Assembly (NCBI GenBank): GCA_963841435.1
Contig: CAWJCS010000004.1
Location: 544,001 to 608,000, forward strand
Reading direction: 5' to 3'
Source: an uncultured delta proteobacterium
GTDB lineage: Bacteria; Myxococcota_A; Polyangia; Polyangiales; Polyangiaceae
Length of the DNA stretch: 64,000 bases
In this document: positions 18,737 to 29,500 of the stretch, in pieces
How the letters are laid out: every line of letters begins with the position of its first letter
Numbering within the stretch: position 1 is the stretch's first letter
Made by a program: the position numbers and the translations under genes
Notes under the pieces: generated by a model
The model's input: the letters and a program-made list of their open reading frames with translations, nothing else
What the model was told of the DNA's origin: nothing
Databases searched by the model: none

Positions 18737-20996
18737 ATGGGCGGTGCAATCGATGGGCAGTGGAGATGGGCTCGGAAGCATGCGTCGTGGCTCGGGCTTC
18801 GGGGGCCATGGGTGTACCAAGTACTGTGCGGTGCGGTCGCAGTCTGGGCCGTGGGATGTGCACCCAGCGAGGACACAGCTGAAGCCACGGACAACGACGC
18901 CGCTTCGTTGTCGTTGGAACCGCGGCCTTACAGGCATCCCCTCCTGAACGCACACGACGTTGGGAAGGCTGATGGCCTACCGGATGGCGTTCTGCCATTC
19001 GTCGACCTCAAAGATACTCCGCGTGGCGATCGCTACGCGATGTCCGAGGGGGTCGATGTAGATGAAGCCGGCTACACTCGCTCACATTCGGGCATCTCGG
19101 TGCTGCGGCGGGGGCCGGCCCCGACTGAACAGCCAGTGAAGGAGCCAAGGTCGCCCGGCCCGTCGCAGCCAGCACGCCTGGGGTCTGGTCTACAGCGCGC
19201 GCTCGCAGAGGCGAGCCCCGCCGAGTCGTTGGTCGTCGAAATCTCCATCGAACGGGTTTTCCCGCCCCTGACACGACTCATGCAGCGGGCCATTGCGGCA
19301 GGTCAGATCTTCGACGACGCTTCCCGCGAGGCTTGGCGCACGTCCGCGCTCACCCAGAAGGAGCTCGCAGTCCAAGCGGCGCAGGAGCCGATCGTCGCGC
19401 GTGTCCGCGATCTGGGGGGCAGCGTATTAGCACGCTACGAGAATCTGCACCAAATCGTCGCGTCCGTCCCTGCCAGTCGCGTGCTGGATTTGCTCGCCGA
19501 GCCGTCGGTGCAGCACCTCGATGCGGTCGAGACCCCGGCACTGGAATGGCCCGATGGTATTCCGCTCCGAACAGGCCAGCAGCTGGACCAATTTATCGAC
19601 GACGGATTCAATGGTGAGAGTGGTGGGAGCAGCGACGTTCTCTTTCGCCATTGCCGAAGGAGACGACAACGGCGCGATCGGGATCGACGAAGGCCTGTAT
19701 GCCTACAAAGAGGACTCATCCGGCACTAGAATTCGAGCGCTGTACGATTGTGGTTCGTCGAGTTGTACTAGCGCTTCCGAGTACTCCAATCCGAGCTGGC
19801 ACACCACGAAAGTGTCCGCGATCCTGTTCGGCGACCTGCAGGATGGCCAAGACCCGAACTACACCGGCTCGGATGACCGCAAGGCGCGATCCGGGTTCGC
19901 GACTGAAGCAAAGGGGTACTTCTACACATTGGGAAATTTCGGGGCGGCCGCGAATCATATAATCGGGATATCCACATACGAACCGGCTCTCGTGAACCTC
20001 TCCTGGGGTTTTGATGGTGGCGATTGCTCAGGGGAGGACGCGGGATCAGTCTCCGTTGACGAGATGTTTGAGGACGGAACGTTGACGTTCAAGTCGGCCG
20101 GGAATGACGGGCATTCAAGCAGTACCGACTGCAAGGTCACCGATCCTGGACCCGCGATGGGGGCGTTCGTCGTGGGCTCTTATGGGGATGTCAACTCGAG
20201 CACGCTTGACAACGTCCGAACCGACGAAATCTGCGCGAACTCGGCCCGCGGAGGCACCACGTCCGACGGCAAGGGTCGCTCCATGGTCAACCTGGTCGCG
20301 TACGCCCCGCGATCCAGGATCCCCCGCCCCGGCAACGTCTATAGCACCGTGGGCTGTGGAACGAGCTACGCGGCGCCAGCGGCGGCCGGCGCGGCCATCG
20401 ATTTCGCGGATCATTACTTCATGACATATGGGTCTCTGATCTTTGATCCCGGAATCCTCCACGCCGCGATGTTGCTCATGGGGGACAGGAGCAAAGAGGG
20501 CGGTGGAACGCAGTCCAATAAGTTCAACAACTTGTACGGCGCCGGGCGCATGCGAATGCGCCGCCTGGACGACACTGGGATGGACAATCCATGGGGGTTC
20601 GAAATGGGCTCCGTCTGCATCGACAATGGAGAGTGGTATCACCTAGACATCAACGGCGGGAACGCACTCAGCTCTGATGTCGATGTCATCAAGGCGGTCG
20701 CTTGGTGGTACGATCCTCGACTCGAGACGGGAACCCAAATCGATGATGTTGATCTTCAATTGGCGCGAAACGGAACGAGTGTGCAATACAGCACCAGTTC
20801 GGATGACGAGAAGGAACGAGTAAAATATACCACCGGTGGGACATCGGCGACATACGAGCTCATCTTTCACGGAGCGAGCGTTACCGCCGACAACGCCGGT
20901 TGCGGCACGAACTCCATGCTCGTCTACTATGCCTACTTCTACGAGGATTCGGACCGTGATGACGGTTCGGCGCTCGACGAGATTCTACCCGAGTAG
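18737..20996 (+). CDS. S8 (subtilisin-like) serine peptidase lipoprotein with one frameshift near 19643
   Basis: WAVGC lipobox; WHTTKVS, KSAGNDG, GTSYAAP; removing one T joins DVLF to AIAEG. Confidence 0.8.
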
Positions 20997-21027
20997 GACT
21001 CAGGTCAAAAAGAGGAGATACGAAGAC

Positions 21028-21600
21028 ATGAGATCCAAGATCCTGACTGGCTCCGTAGCAGTGGCATTGTGTGCCTACGCCTGTGGCTCGGACGACGAGC
21101 CCGACCATGCCGGTTCAGGAGGATCGGGTGGTCGCGGCGGCACAGGGCAGGGTGGCGCCTCCTCAGGCCAAGCGGGAGCAGGAGGCGTTTCCGGCCGGAG
21201 CGGCTCCGGCGGCCTCGCCGGCAGCTCCGGCGGCTCCGGTGGCGCAGGCGATTCCTCGATCGCGGGAATGGCAGGCGCGCCCGTGGCGGGCGATGCTGGG
21301 GCGGGAGGTGAGCGCTGCTGGGTGACCATCGCTCGGCCCATCGAGGCGGATGCCTGGTGCGTGGACTACTCGAGCGAGCTTCCTGTGACGGTGTGCTTAC
21401 CTCCTGGTACGCCCTGCAACGACTATTCGGGCTGCGCTCGTCGCCAGAGCGACGGTGCCCCCTTCTTCGTCACGAGTCCTTCCTGCTTCGTACGCGGGAC
21501 CGAAGGCTGGTACAATTGCACCCGGGAAGACAGCGAGCGGCCCCTCCCGTACTGCCCCGAGAACGCTGCGGGGGCTGGCGGCGAGGGCGGCGGTAGCTGA
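21028..21600 (+). CDS. Gly-rich lipoprotein with Cys-rich C-terminus
   Basis: RBS AGGAG; MRSKIL...AYAC lipobox. Confidence 0.75.
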   Translation: MRSKILTGSVAVALCAYACGSDDEPDHAGSGGSGGRGGTGQGGASSGQAGAGGVSGRSGSGGLAGSSGGSGGAGDSSIAGMAGAPVAGDAGAGGERCWVTIARPIEADAWCVDYSSELPVTVCLPPGTPCNDYSGCARRQSDGAPFFVTSPSCFVRGTEGWYNCTREDSERPLPYCPENAAGAGGEGGGS

Positions 21601-21612
21601 AGAACGCGTCGC

Positions 21613-23310
21613 GTGCGTCCCGCGTCACGCGTGCGAACCCCCCAACCTCCGCGACACACTGTTTGGTTGCGGCTGTGGCACCGCCTCCGGTCGGCTCTCT
21701 TGCCTCGTGCGTCGCGCGTCACAATAGCGCTAAGTCTAGTCATCGCCGTTGCGGCGATTCCGCGACTTGCGGCGCTTTCTGCCGACCTTCCGCATATCCA
21801 CCACCCGGACGAGGCCAACAACTTGAACCGCGTCCAGAAGGTGTTGCGTACTGAGGACTGGAACCCTCACTTCTTTCGCTACCCCGCTCTTTCAATCTAC
21901 GCCGTGTCGGCCGTTCGCCGAATTCTCGGCTCGTTTGGCATACTGAATGGCCGGGTAGCGCAGGCGGACCTAAACAGTGTCGCCCTTGGCGTCGCGACGG
22001 CTCCTTCTACAGGAGTCGTCGTGGTTGCGCGGGGCGTGACGGCGCTATTGGGGATCGGGATGGCAGTGTGCGTATTTCTTCTTGGTCGCCAATTGACTGG
22101 TAGTCTAGCAGTTGCCGTGATCGCGGGTTCCCTTGTTGCGATATCCCCGACGGCAATCAGGTACGCACGGATCTTCTCGCCTGATACGTTTGCGGCGTTC
22201 TTTACATACCTTGCGGTCTTGGCTGCCCTCCCTCTTACAGAACGCAAGACAACGCTACGCTACGCTCTCGCGGGTGCGCTCGCGGGACTTGCAGCGGCTG
22301 GCAAGTACAACGCGGCCCTGGTCGTGATTGCGCCAGTTTCCGCCCATATTCTCTATTCTGACATGCGAGAGCTGAGATGTCTTCGGAGCCTCAAAGGCAT
22401 GGCGATACTCGGCGCAGCCGCAACGCTCGCATTTCTCGCACTGAATCCATTTATTCCGGTTGAATGGACCGCAGCTCTCGGCGACATCAAGGCCGAGCAG
22501 CGCCACTACACCGGTGGGCAAGCAGGTTCCGAGGGTGACACATTACTCTGGTACACGCGGTATCTCTGGAGCGTTGAAGGTGGTACCATTGTACTTGCGC
22601 TCTACGGCGTCATTCATGCTGTGCAGAGACACGTTAGGAACCTGCTCATCCCGGTGATCTTTACCTTTGTCTACTGCGCCGGAATTTCGATGTTTGCGGT
22701 CCGGAATGGACGTGCCCTTCTGCCCGTGCTTGGGCTAGTCGAGGTGCTCGCAGCGGTCGCATTGGTCGCCATGGCCGAGACAGCGCGGCGCTGGGTTCGG
22801 GCTGTCGCGGGTGTCGCGGCGGTTTGTCCCCTCATGATTCGCTCATATCCGGCATTGGAGCAGCTGACGCTCGCCCAGAAGATTGCATCCGATAATGCGG
22901 GGCTGTGGATTGAGCGGCACGTCCCTAGCAAGACGGTCATCGCCGTCGAGGCTGGAGGGCCAATACTTGACAGGCGACGCTATCGCATTGTCGCCGAGGA
23001 TTTTCTTCACGAAATGCCCATGCTGGGCTACAAGCGTGCAGGCGTTCTGATATTTGCCGTGTCGGCTGGCAATAGGTACCTCCGGGGGCCGAACCGCTAC
23101 CGGCGAAGGACGGCACTCTATCGCGAGATCGCGAGTCGGAATCGCCTAATCGGGCGGTTTCGATCGCCGCGACTGGTCGGACCTTATGCGGATCTGGTGG
23201 GGGTGATAAGCAACCCTCTACTTCAGCGCGCCTGGATTGGTTACGATGCGGTCGGTGCTGCTTCCTGTGCTCTGTACCGGGCGCCGTGGGCGGCCCCTGT
23301 GGCCCAATAG
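21613..23310 (+). CDS. GT-C fold (PMT/family 39-like) membrane glycosyltransferase; lower GC; C-terminus may be chimeric
   Basis: HHPDE...WNPHFFRYP, GLAAAGKYN and many TM segments. Confidence 0.8.
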   Translation: MRPASRVRTPQPPRHTVWLRLWHRLRSALLPRASRVTIALSLVIAVAAIPRLAALSADLPHIHHPDEANNLNRVQKVLRTEDWNPHFFRYPALSIYAVSAVRRILGSFGILNGRVAQADLNSVALGVATAPSTGVVVVARGVTALLGIGMAVCVFLLGRQLTGSLAVAVIAGSLVAISPTAIRYARIFSPDTFAAFFTYLAVLAALPLTERKTTLRYALAGALAGLAAAGKYNAALVVIAPVSAHILYSDMRELRCLRSLKGMAILGAAATLAFLALNPFIPVEWTAALGDIKAEQRHYTGGQAGSEGDTLLWYTRYLWSVEGGTIVLALYGVIHAVQRHVRNLLIPVIFTFVYCAGISMFAVRNGRALLPVLGLVEVLAAVALVAMAETARRWVRAVAGVAAVCPLMIRSYPALEQLTLAQKIASDNAGLWIERHVPSKTVIAVEAGGPILDRRRYRIVAEDFLHEMPMLGYKRAGVLIFAVSAGNRYLRGPNRYRRRTALYREIASRNRLIGRFRSPRLVGPYADLVGVISNPLLQRAWIGYDAVGAASCALYRAPWAAPVAQ

Positions 23311-23314
23311 TCGC

Positions 23315-23400
23315 TGTGATGGTGCCGGAAAATCTGCTGCCAATCGTCCCGGAAAAATCTGCGGTCTCCCGGAAGGGAGGCCAGACATGATGGAATCGGC
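23315..23400 (+). mobile_element. IS21-like left-end fragment
   Basis: Begins TGTGATGGTG; repeated CCGGAAAA(A)TCTGC; RBS GGAGG plus ATG, then breaks off. Confidence 0.45.
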
Positions 23401-23470
23401 ATGATCCACAGCTGGATCTGCGCCAAGCTCTTGCTGCAGCTGGTCAGCGCGCGCATTGCAAGTAGGGCGC
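23401..23470 (+). mobile_element. Short IS4-like transposase C-terminal fragment
   Basis: Encodes IHSWICAKLLLQLVSARIA, similar to an IS4 DDE C-terminal W..AKLL motif. Confidence 0.35.
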
Positions 23471-23471
23471 C

Positions 23472-23630
23472 CTCCACCTTACCGAGACTTGCTGCCGAAC
23501 GACCAAAGTGCCGCTCGAACCGCTGGATGCACCGCAGGTAAGTCACCCGCGTGTTGAGCGGTGTACCCGAGAGCTCGAGCTCCTCGGCAACCCTCTTTCT
23601 CAGTTGTTCCTTCACGGCGATCCTCCTGTC
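23472..23630 (-). pseudogene. N-terminal fragment of a tyrosine integrase (SAM-like domain)
   Basis: RBS AGGAGG plus GTG at 23615: VKEQLRKRVAEELELSG...TRVTYLRCIQRFERHFGRS. Confidence 0.7.
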
Positions 23631-23649
23631 AACGGTGCTCGACGCGAGC

Positions 23650-24249
23650 ACCGAGCCGTCCAGGATCTGGGCGTAACTCAAGCCGGAAACTTCGAGGGCT
23701 CCAACATCCCGACAATGCGCTCGAGCGAGCACCCAAAGGCGTCCGACATCAAGCTTTGGGACCGCTCCCGCCCGAAGCTCATGGACGCACGCCGTCGGCG
23801 ACCACAGCCGGCGTACGACCCCAAGATGGTCACCGCCTGGAATGGGCTTGCGATCGGAGCCCTGGCCCTGGGGTATCGAGTCTCCGGTGAGCAGCGCATC
23901 CGTGACGCTGCCGAGCGGGTCGCAGAGGCCATCTGGCGCTTGAACCATCACGCGGGCGGCGATCTCGCTCGAAGCTCGAACGGCAAGCAGGCCGGCAGCT
24001 CTGCCGTGCTCGACGACTTCGCCTTCCTCAGCAACGGGCTCGTCGAGCTGTTCGAGGCGACCGGCAACCCGGTGTACCTGGAGCACGCCACTACCCTGGC
24101 CACGCAGGCGATGGACCGATTCGCGAATCCAAGCGGCGGATGGTTCCTGACCTCCGGCACGGAGCAGGAGCCTTTGGGGCGGCGGATCGAGGTCTCCGAC
24201 GGCGTGGAGCCCTCCGGGAACGCTGCGATGCTCATGACGCTCGCGAAAC
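23650..24249 (+). pseudogene. Internal fragment of a YyaL/SPATA20-type thioredoxin-domain protein
   Basis: GNFEGSNI, PAYDPKMVTAWNGLAI, LDDFAFL..GLVELFEATG, DGVEPSGNA; cut at both ends. Confidence 0.85.
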
Positions 24250-24886
24250 CACGCGCGCCGTCGTGCTCGAGCCCGACGACTTGCTGGTCCGGCTCGTCGC
24301 CGCGGTGCCCCCGCCACGCTGGCATTTACTTCGCTACTTCGGCGTCCTCTCGAGCCACTCACGGCTCCGCCGAGAAGTTGTTCCGCACCCGCCCGCTGAT
24401 CCGAGTGCTACCGCGCCTCCGCCTGCTCCGGGCGATCAGCTCGAGCTCGACCTCGACGCTGACGCTGACGAGCCTGCTCCGAGAAAAAGATGGGCCTGGC
24501 TGCTCAGACATGTGTTCAAGGCAGATTTGGATATTTGTCCGCGCTGCGGTGGACCGATGCGCTGGCTCGAGGCGGCGGCTACCCGAGAGTCTGCTCGTGA
24601 CCTGCTCGCTCGGCTCGGGCTCGGGCCCAGGCCGCCGCCGGCTCCACCCCGCACGCCGCTCGCGCAGCTCACGCTGCCGTTCGCGAGGTGAGCCGGCTTG
24701 CGCTGGTCGCTGCGCCAGGCGAGCGTCCGCGCGCGTTCTGGGTTCGGGGAGCTCTGGCACCTCAGAGCCTCCTTCCGCCTCGTCCACGACAGCACGTCCA
24801 CCCCATAGGCGTGCGTTCTTACGGCCTCGCCGGCCTCGCCGTGGGCCCCGCCCGGGACCTTTTGCCAGATCGTTTCGCCTAGGCGC
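24250..24886 (+). mobile_element. ISCR/IS91-like element copy D, 5'-truncated (637 bp)
   Basis: Identical by eye to 7790..8426. Confidence 0.95.
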
Positions 24887-25376
24887 TCGACGCAAGACCG
24901 ACCAGTTCGTGATCGATAGGCTTCGAAAGACCCCGTTCGAAGTGGGTGCAGATCGGATCGCGCGTACGGCGCACGCGGCTCTGGGACTCTTGGCGAGTCT
25001 CCGTAACCAGTGCTGCGACCCCATCCCGCTCGCCTGGAGCCCTGGACGAGCTGCGGGTCGCCACTGTATCGAGGTCTACCCGGCGGCGACGCTTCTGGGC
25101 AGGGGTCTGCTGGCCAAGGGCTACAAGGGGAAGCGAACCGAACTTGCCAGCCGGGAAAAACGTCTCACGATACTCAAGGCGCTCTCCGCGGAAGTGCGTT
25201 TGGCGGGCGCCGTTGAACGGGACGCAGCCGCCGTAGACCACGTGCTCGATGCGGTGATCTGCGTGATTGCTGCTGCCGACTTCGTCAAGGGAACCGTAAT
25301 CGTCCCAGAAGACCCAACTGTTGCGAGGCGGGAGGGCTGGATCTGGTTCTCCGACCGGCGCTCCAACACGCCTTGA
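24887..25376 (+). pseudogene. 5'-truncated DUF429 (RNase H-like) protein
   Basis: RRKTD...VGADRIARTAHAAL...IEVYPAATL...DHVLDAVIC...REGWIW. Confidence 0.75.
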
Positions 25377-25472
25377 TGCCTTGCCACGCTGGGGCATGCG
25401 GCGAGGCGATGCCGAGCGGGGCCGCCTCTGGTCGTAGGTCAACGTCCCCGCCTCACGCGCCGTACCCCCTCC

Positions 25473-25721
25473 ATGGCCGCCACCCCTACCTCCCCTGCTG
25501 CCGATCACGAGAGCCACGAGCCCCCGAGCACGCCCGCCAACGGGACCCCGCGTGCCGAGACGAAGCCGATCACCGTGATGCTCCCCGACGACTTGCTCAA
25601 GAAGCTGAAGATCGTCGCCATCGTCCGCGAGACCAGTGTGAGCGAGCTGGTCGCCGAGGCCGCTGCCGGCGTGGTGCGGCGGGAGCTGAAGAAGGCGGTA
25701 GCGAAGATCTCGGGCGAGTAG
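25473..25721 (+). CDS. Ribbon-helix-helix (CopG-like) protein
   Basis: ITVMLPDDLLKKLKIVAIVRETSVSELV. Confidence 0.7.
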   Translation: MAATPTSPAADHESHEPPSTPANGTPRAETKPITVMLPDDLLKKLKIVAIVRETSVSELVAEAAAGVVRRELKKAVAKISGE

Positions 25722-25901
25722 TCATAGAACTCGTCGCCCGCTCCGACCCGGAGAGGGGCCTTTCTTAGTTGATCGTTTGGTCTGGGGGCACCTCGCGCCC
25801 CGCATGGAAGTCTGGACTTGACCTCACCAAACCAGCGGCGCACCATCACACCATCCAGGGCGGCGGCCCGGCGGGCGGGCGCCGAACTGGGGGAGATTCC
25901 C

Positions 25902-26513
25902 ATGCGGGTGTGGAAGATCGCGGCCGTCGGCGTAATTGCTCCAATCCTCTGGGGCGGAGCCGGTTGCGGTTCCAAGTCCTCCACGAACGGGGCGGCGGCC
26001 TCGGGTGGCAAGGGTGCCGCAGCGGGTACTGGCGGCGGCTCGGGCGGGACAGGAGGGGCTAGTGCGGGCGCCTCCGCGAGCGGCAGCACGGGGCGTGGCG
26101 GCGGAGCAGGAGAGACAGCCGCCTCGGGGTCCGGAGGCACGTCAGGTTCGAGTGCTGATGGAGGAGCCGGGGGTTCGGTGAGCGGAGCTGGCGGGGAATC
26201 GGGGCGCACGCAAGGTGGCTCTGGCGGGAAGAACGGTGGCGCGGGCGGGAAGGGCGGCACGGGCGGGAAGGGCGGAAGCGCAGGCGAAGGCGGCAGTGGG
26301 GGACCACCCTGCGGTAACGGCATTCCGGATGGGCCGTGTCCTGAGGGGCTCACGTGCCGGTGCTGTGAAGGCCCTGCCGCCGGGAGGTGCCTCTGCACGA
26401 CCGACTGCACAAACGCCGATTGCTCGGATGCTGAGAGGCCAGCCTGCGTGGGCTCTATGGGCGCCGGGTTCCCTTTCTGTGCACCGGATACGTTCTACTG
26501 CTTTACGCAGTGA
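25902..26513 (+). CDS. Gly-rich lipoprotein with Cys-rich C-terminus
   Basis: MRVWKIAAV...GAGC lipobox; RBS GGAG. Confidence 0.7.
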   Translation: MRVWKIAAVGVIAPILWGGAGCGSKSSTNGAAASGGKGAAAGTGGGSGGTGGASAGASASGSTGRGGGAGETAASGSGGTSGSSADGGAGGSVSGAGGESGRTQGGSGGKNGGAGGKGGTGGKGGSAGEGGSGGPPCGNGIPDGPCPEGLTCRCCEGPAAGRCLCTTDCTNADCSDAERPACVGSMGAGFPFCAPDTFYCFTQ

Positions 26514-26541
26514 GACCTCAACGTTCAAGGCGGAGGGTGGC

Positions 26542-29500
26542 ATGGCGAGTTCTTCAGCGCTGAAACGGTACCCGAGGTTCGCGAGCTTCGTGCTGGCAGC
26601 GGCTCTGCCGACCTGGGGATGCTCCGATCCAGGTGCTCGCGGTGACGGCCCCACTCACGTTTCTCGCGTCCAACAGGGTGTCGTCGAGCAAGCGGCAGGT
26701 GAATTCCAGCCGCTCATCCCGTTCGGAGGCCGCATCCAAGCGATGGCGATCGATCCTGCCAACCCCCAAACGGTGCTTGCCGCTGCGGACAACGGAGGCG
26801 TCTTCCGAAGCTCGCTTGGAGGGACGAGTTGGGAGCACGTCGAGACGTTGCGCCCCACCGAAATGAACGACATTCGTGTTTGTCCTTCGAACCCGCTGCT
26901 CGTCTTCCTCACTGCCTTCCCGAACACGCGACGCAGCAGCTCCCCTGGCTCGACCACGCCGGACAACGACGGCGGCATTTGGCGCAGCGATGACGGTGGT
27001 AGCACGTGGAAGAGACCGACCGGCCATGTGCCTCCAGGTCTTCCATCGGGGTCAACCAGCTACACGGGTTACGGGATCGCGTTCGGTCCCGGATGCCAGG
27101 ACGTATTCATCGGGACGACGGCGGGGCTCGCCGTGAGCCACGACGACGGCATGACCTTCACCCACGACGACATCAACGGGCCAGCCGATCCTCCGGAGCG
27201 CGCCATCTCAGTCGCGGCTCAGTCGGGCGGGAGCAACCCAACGATCGTGGACGTCTATACGGACTTTGGGCAGCGGAGGTCGACGACGGCGGGAGGTGGT
27301 TGGTCCGCGCCAACGGCGATCGCTTCCGGCGGTATTCCAGGTGCGCCGGATCAGGCTGCCGTCCACACGCTTGCGGCGTCACCGATCGAGAGCGATGTCC
27401 TCTTTGCCACGAGCTTCAATGTGACGATGTCGGGCGACGGCTTCCAGGCGTACGAGTCGGACGACGCTGGGTTGACGTGGACGTCCCTGGACGTCCCGAT
27501 CGTCGGACGGAACCGAATTCCGTTGATGTTCGCGACACCTTCGCGCTTCGGAGCGGGCGTGGACGTCTACTTCGGCAACGGGACCAACATCCTGCGGCAG
27601 ACCTGCGCGAATTCCACCGGCCTGCGATGCACACCGGGCGCCACGACAACTCCCAGCGACCCGACCTCGCCCGGGTGGCATGAAATCGATCTCATCGGCA
27701 ATCCGCACCCGGACGCCTCCGACATGGCCTTCGATCCCGGCACGAACTGCCCGCTCTACATCGCCTGCGATGGGGGCGTCCTCCGATCGACTCCAGCCGA
27801 CCCAGACGATCCGAAGGCTACCTGCGGCGACACTGGGACCTGGCAGATCACTCGGGGATCCGGCGGCGCGGACGGGTTGAACGCATTGCAGCTCTTCCAA
27901 ATGGCCGGCCAGGTCCACTCCGGGGCAGACACTGACTTGTACTTCGGGACGATGGACAACGGCCTTTGGGGCTCCACGAACGGTGGCATCTCGTGGCCGA
28001 CCAGCGGAGCCCCTGAGGGCCAGGGAATCGGCGTCGACCACTCGCCGACCGCGGGTGCGGGCAATCGCGTCGTGTACCTGGCTTGCGGCGGGTGCACGAA
28101 CTTCCAGGCTGGACCGGGACTGGCCAGCCCGGGGGCCTGGCCGAATCCCCCGTTTGGCAAGTCAGGTGCCCCGGACGCCTTCTTCCCGGCGTGCCCCGAC
28201 CTGAGCCCGACCGACAACATCTGCGACACGTGCGAAGACCGAAACGCGGATGACGGCACGTGCGATCCAGTCGGCCCTGGAGTTCCCGGCCTGTGCAACG
28301 ATGTCGCCCCGCAGGACGGCTTTTGCGACGGCACGAACTGCGTCGACAGCCAACCAAACGGATTCTGCGACCCACTGTTGTTCACCCTCGGGAGTGGGCC
28401 CGCCGGAGTCGCACTAACGCCAGTGCTGATCTCTGGGGACACATACGTGCAGTGGGACGGGGGCTACACGCCGCGCGGCGGCGGCATGCCCGTGCCAGCA
28501 CAGCTCTACCGGACCTTGGATGCTGGAATGAGCTATCAGCCAGTCGTCGGAGCAACGTTCCCGACCACCTCGAACCCTACGTTCCGCCTGTTTGATCTGG
28601 CACGGATCTCCGGCCCAAGCAGCACCCCGGTCCTGTTCCAGCCAGAGTGTCGGTCCGGGGTCGGATGTTCCGGAGGCAACGCGCCAGTGGGGCTGATCCG
28701 CGTGAGCGGCCTGCTCACTGGTACGGTCCAGGTGACCGAGCTTGGCCTCCCGAGCGGAGGCTCGCTCGGCTACTTCAATTTCGATCCGCACGGCACCTAT
28801 GGCGTGGACCCGTCGGATCCGAACAAGCTTCTGGCCGCGGACATCGTAAACGGCATGATGTTGCGAGGCGCTGGCACAGGGTCAGGCATCGCGTGGTCAA
28901 CCGATGCCGGTACGAGCCAGCTCACGACGCTGCTCACGCGGGGCGGTGAGTTCTCCTTCAACGCCGTGTACACAAACAACACAGGGCTCGCGCAAGTCGA
29001 GACAGTCCAGCACGACCCGACGAACACGCAGCGCATCCTCGTGGGAACACGGAACGTTGGCGTCGTTGCGTCCGAAGACGGGGGCAACAAATGGGCGCGC
29101 CTTTGCAGGTCAGAGCAGATTCCGCGCGTCACTTCTTTCTTCTTCGACGATGTCCACCCGATGGGCTCGTTCCCGACCGTCTACGCTTCCTCCTACGGGC
29201 GTGGGCTGTGGAAGCTGGACCTAGCACAGCGTCAGGAGCCAGTGTTCACGGTGCCGCCCACCAACGTTACCGCGTCGGACTGCTCGGCCGACATCGGGAC
29301 GGCAACCGCGATCGACGAATGTGAAGGCGTACAGGTTGACACCATCGCCGCGGAGGGTGTCCCGCCGACCGATCCTGCCTACGGGTGCAGCACAGGCGTT
29401 CGGCCGTGCGGCAACTTCCCGCTGAACACCCCGACGAACGTGACGTGGACCGCGAGAGACATCTACGGTGACACGACCACCACGACCCAGGTCGTGACGG

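Noticed and set aside
798-24886. Retroelement (target-primed reverse transcription) origin for the 5'-truncated copies
   Set aside because: No reverse transcriptase in the window, no poly-A tail or target duplication, the encoded enzyme is an HUH transposase, and the rnpB piece is antisense to the element.
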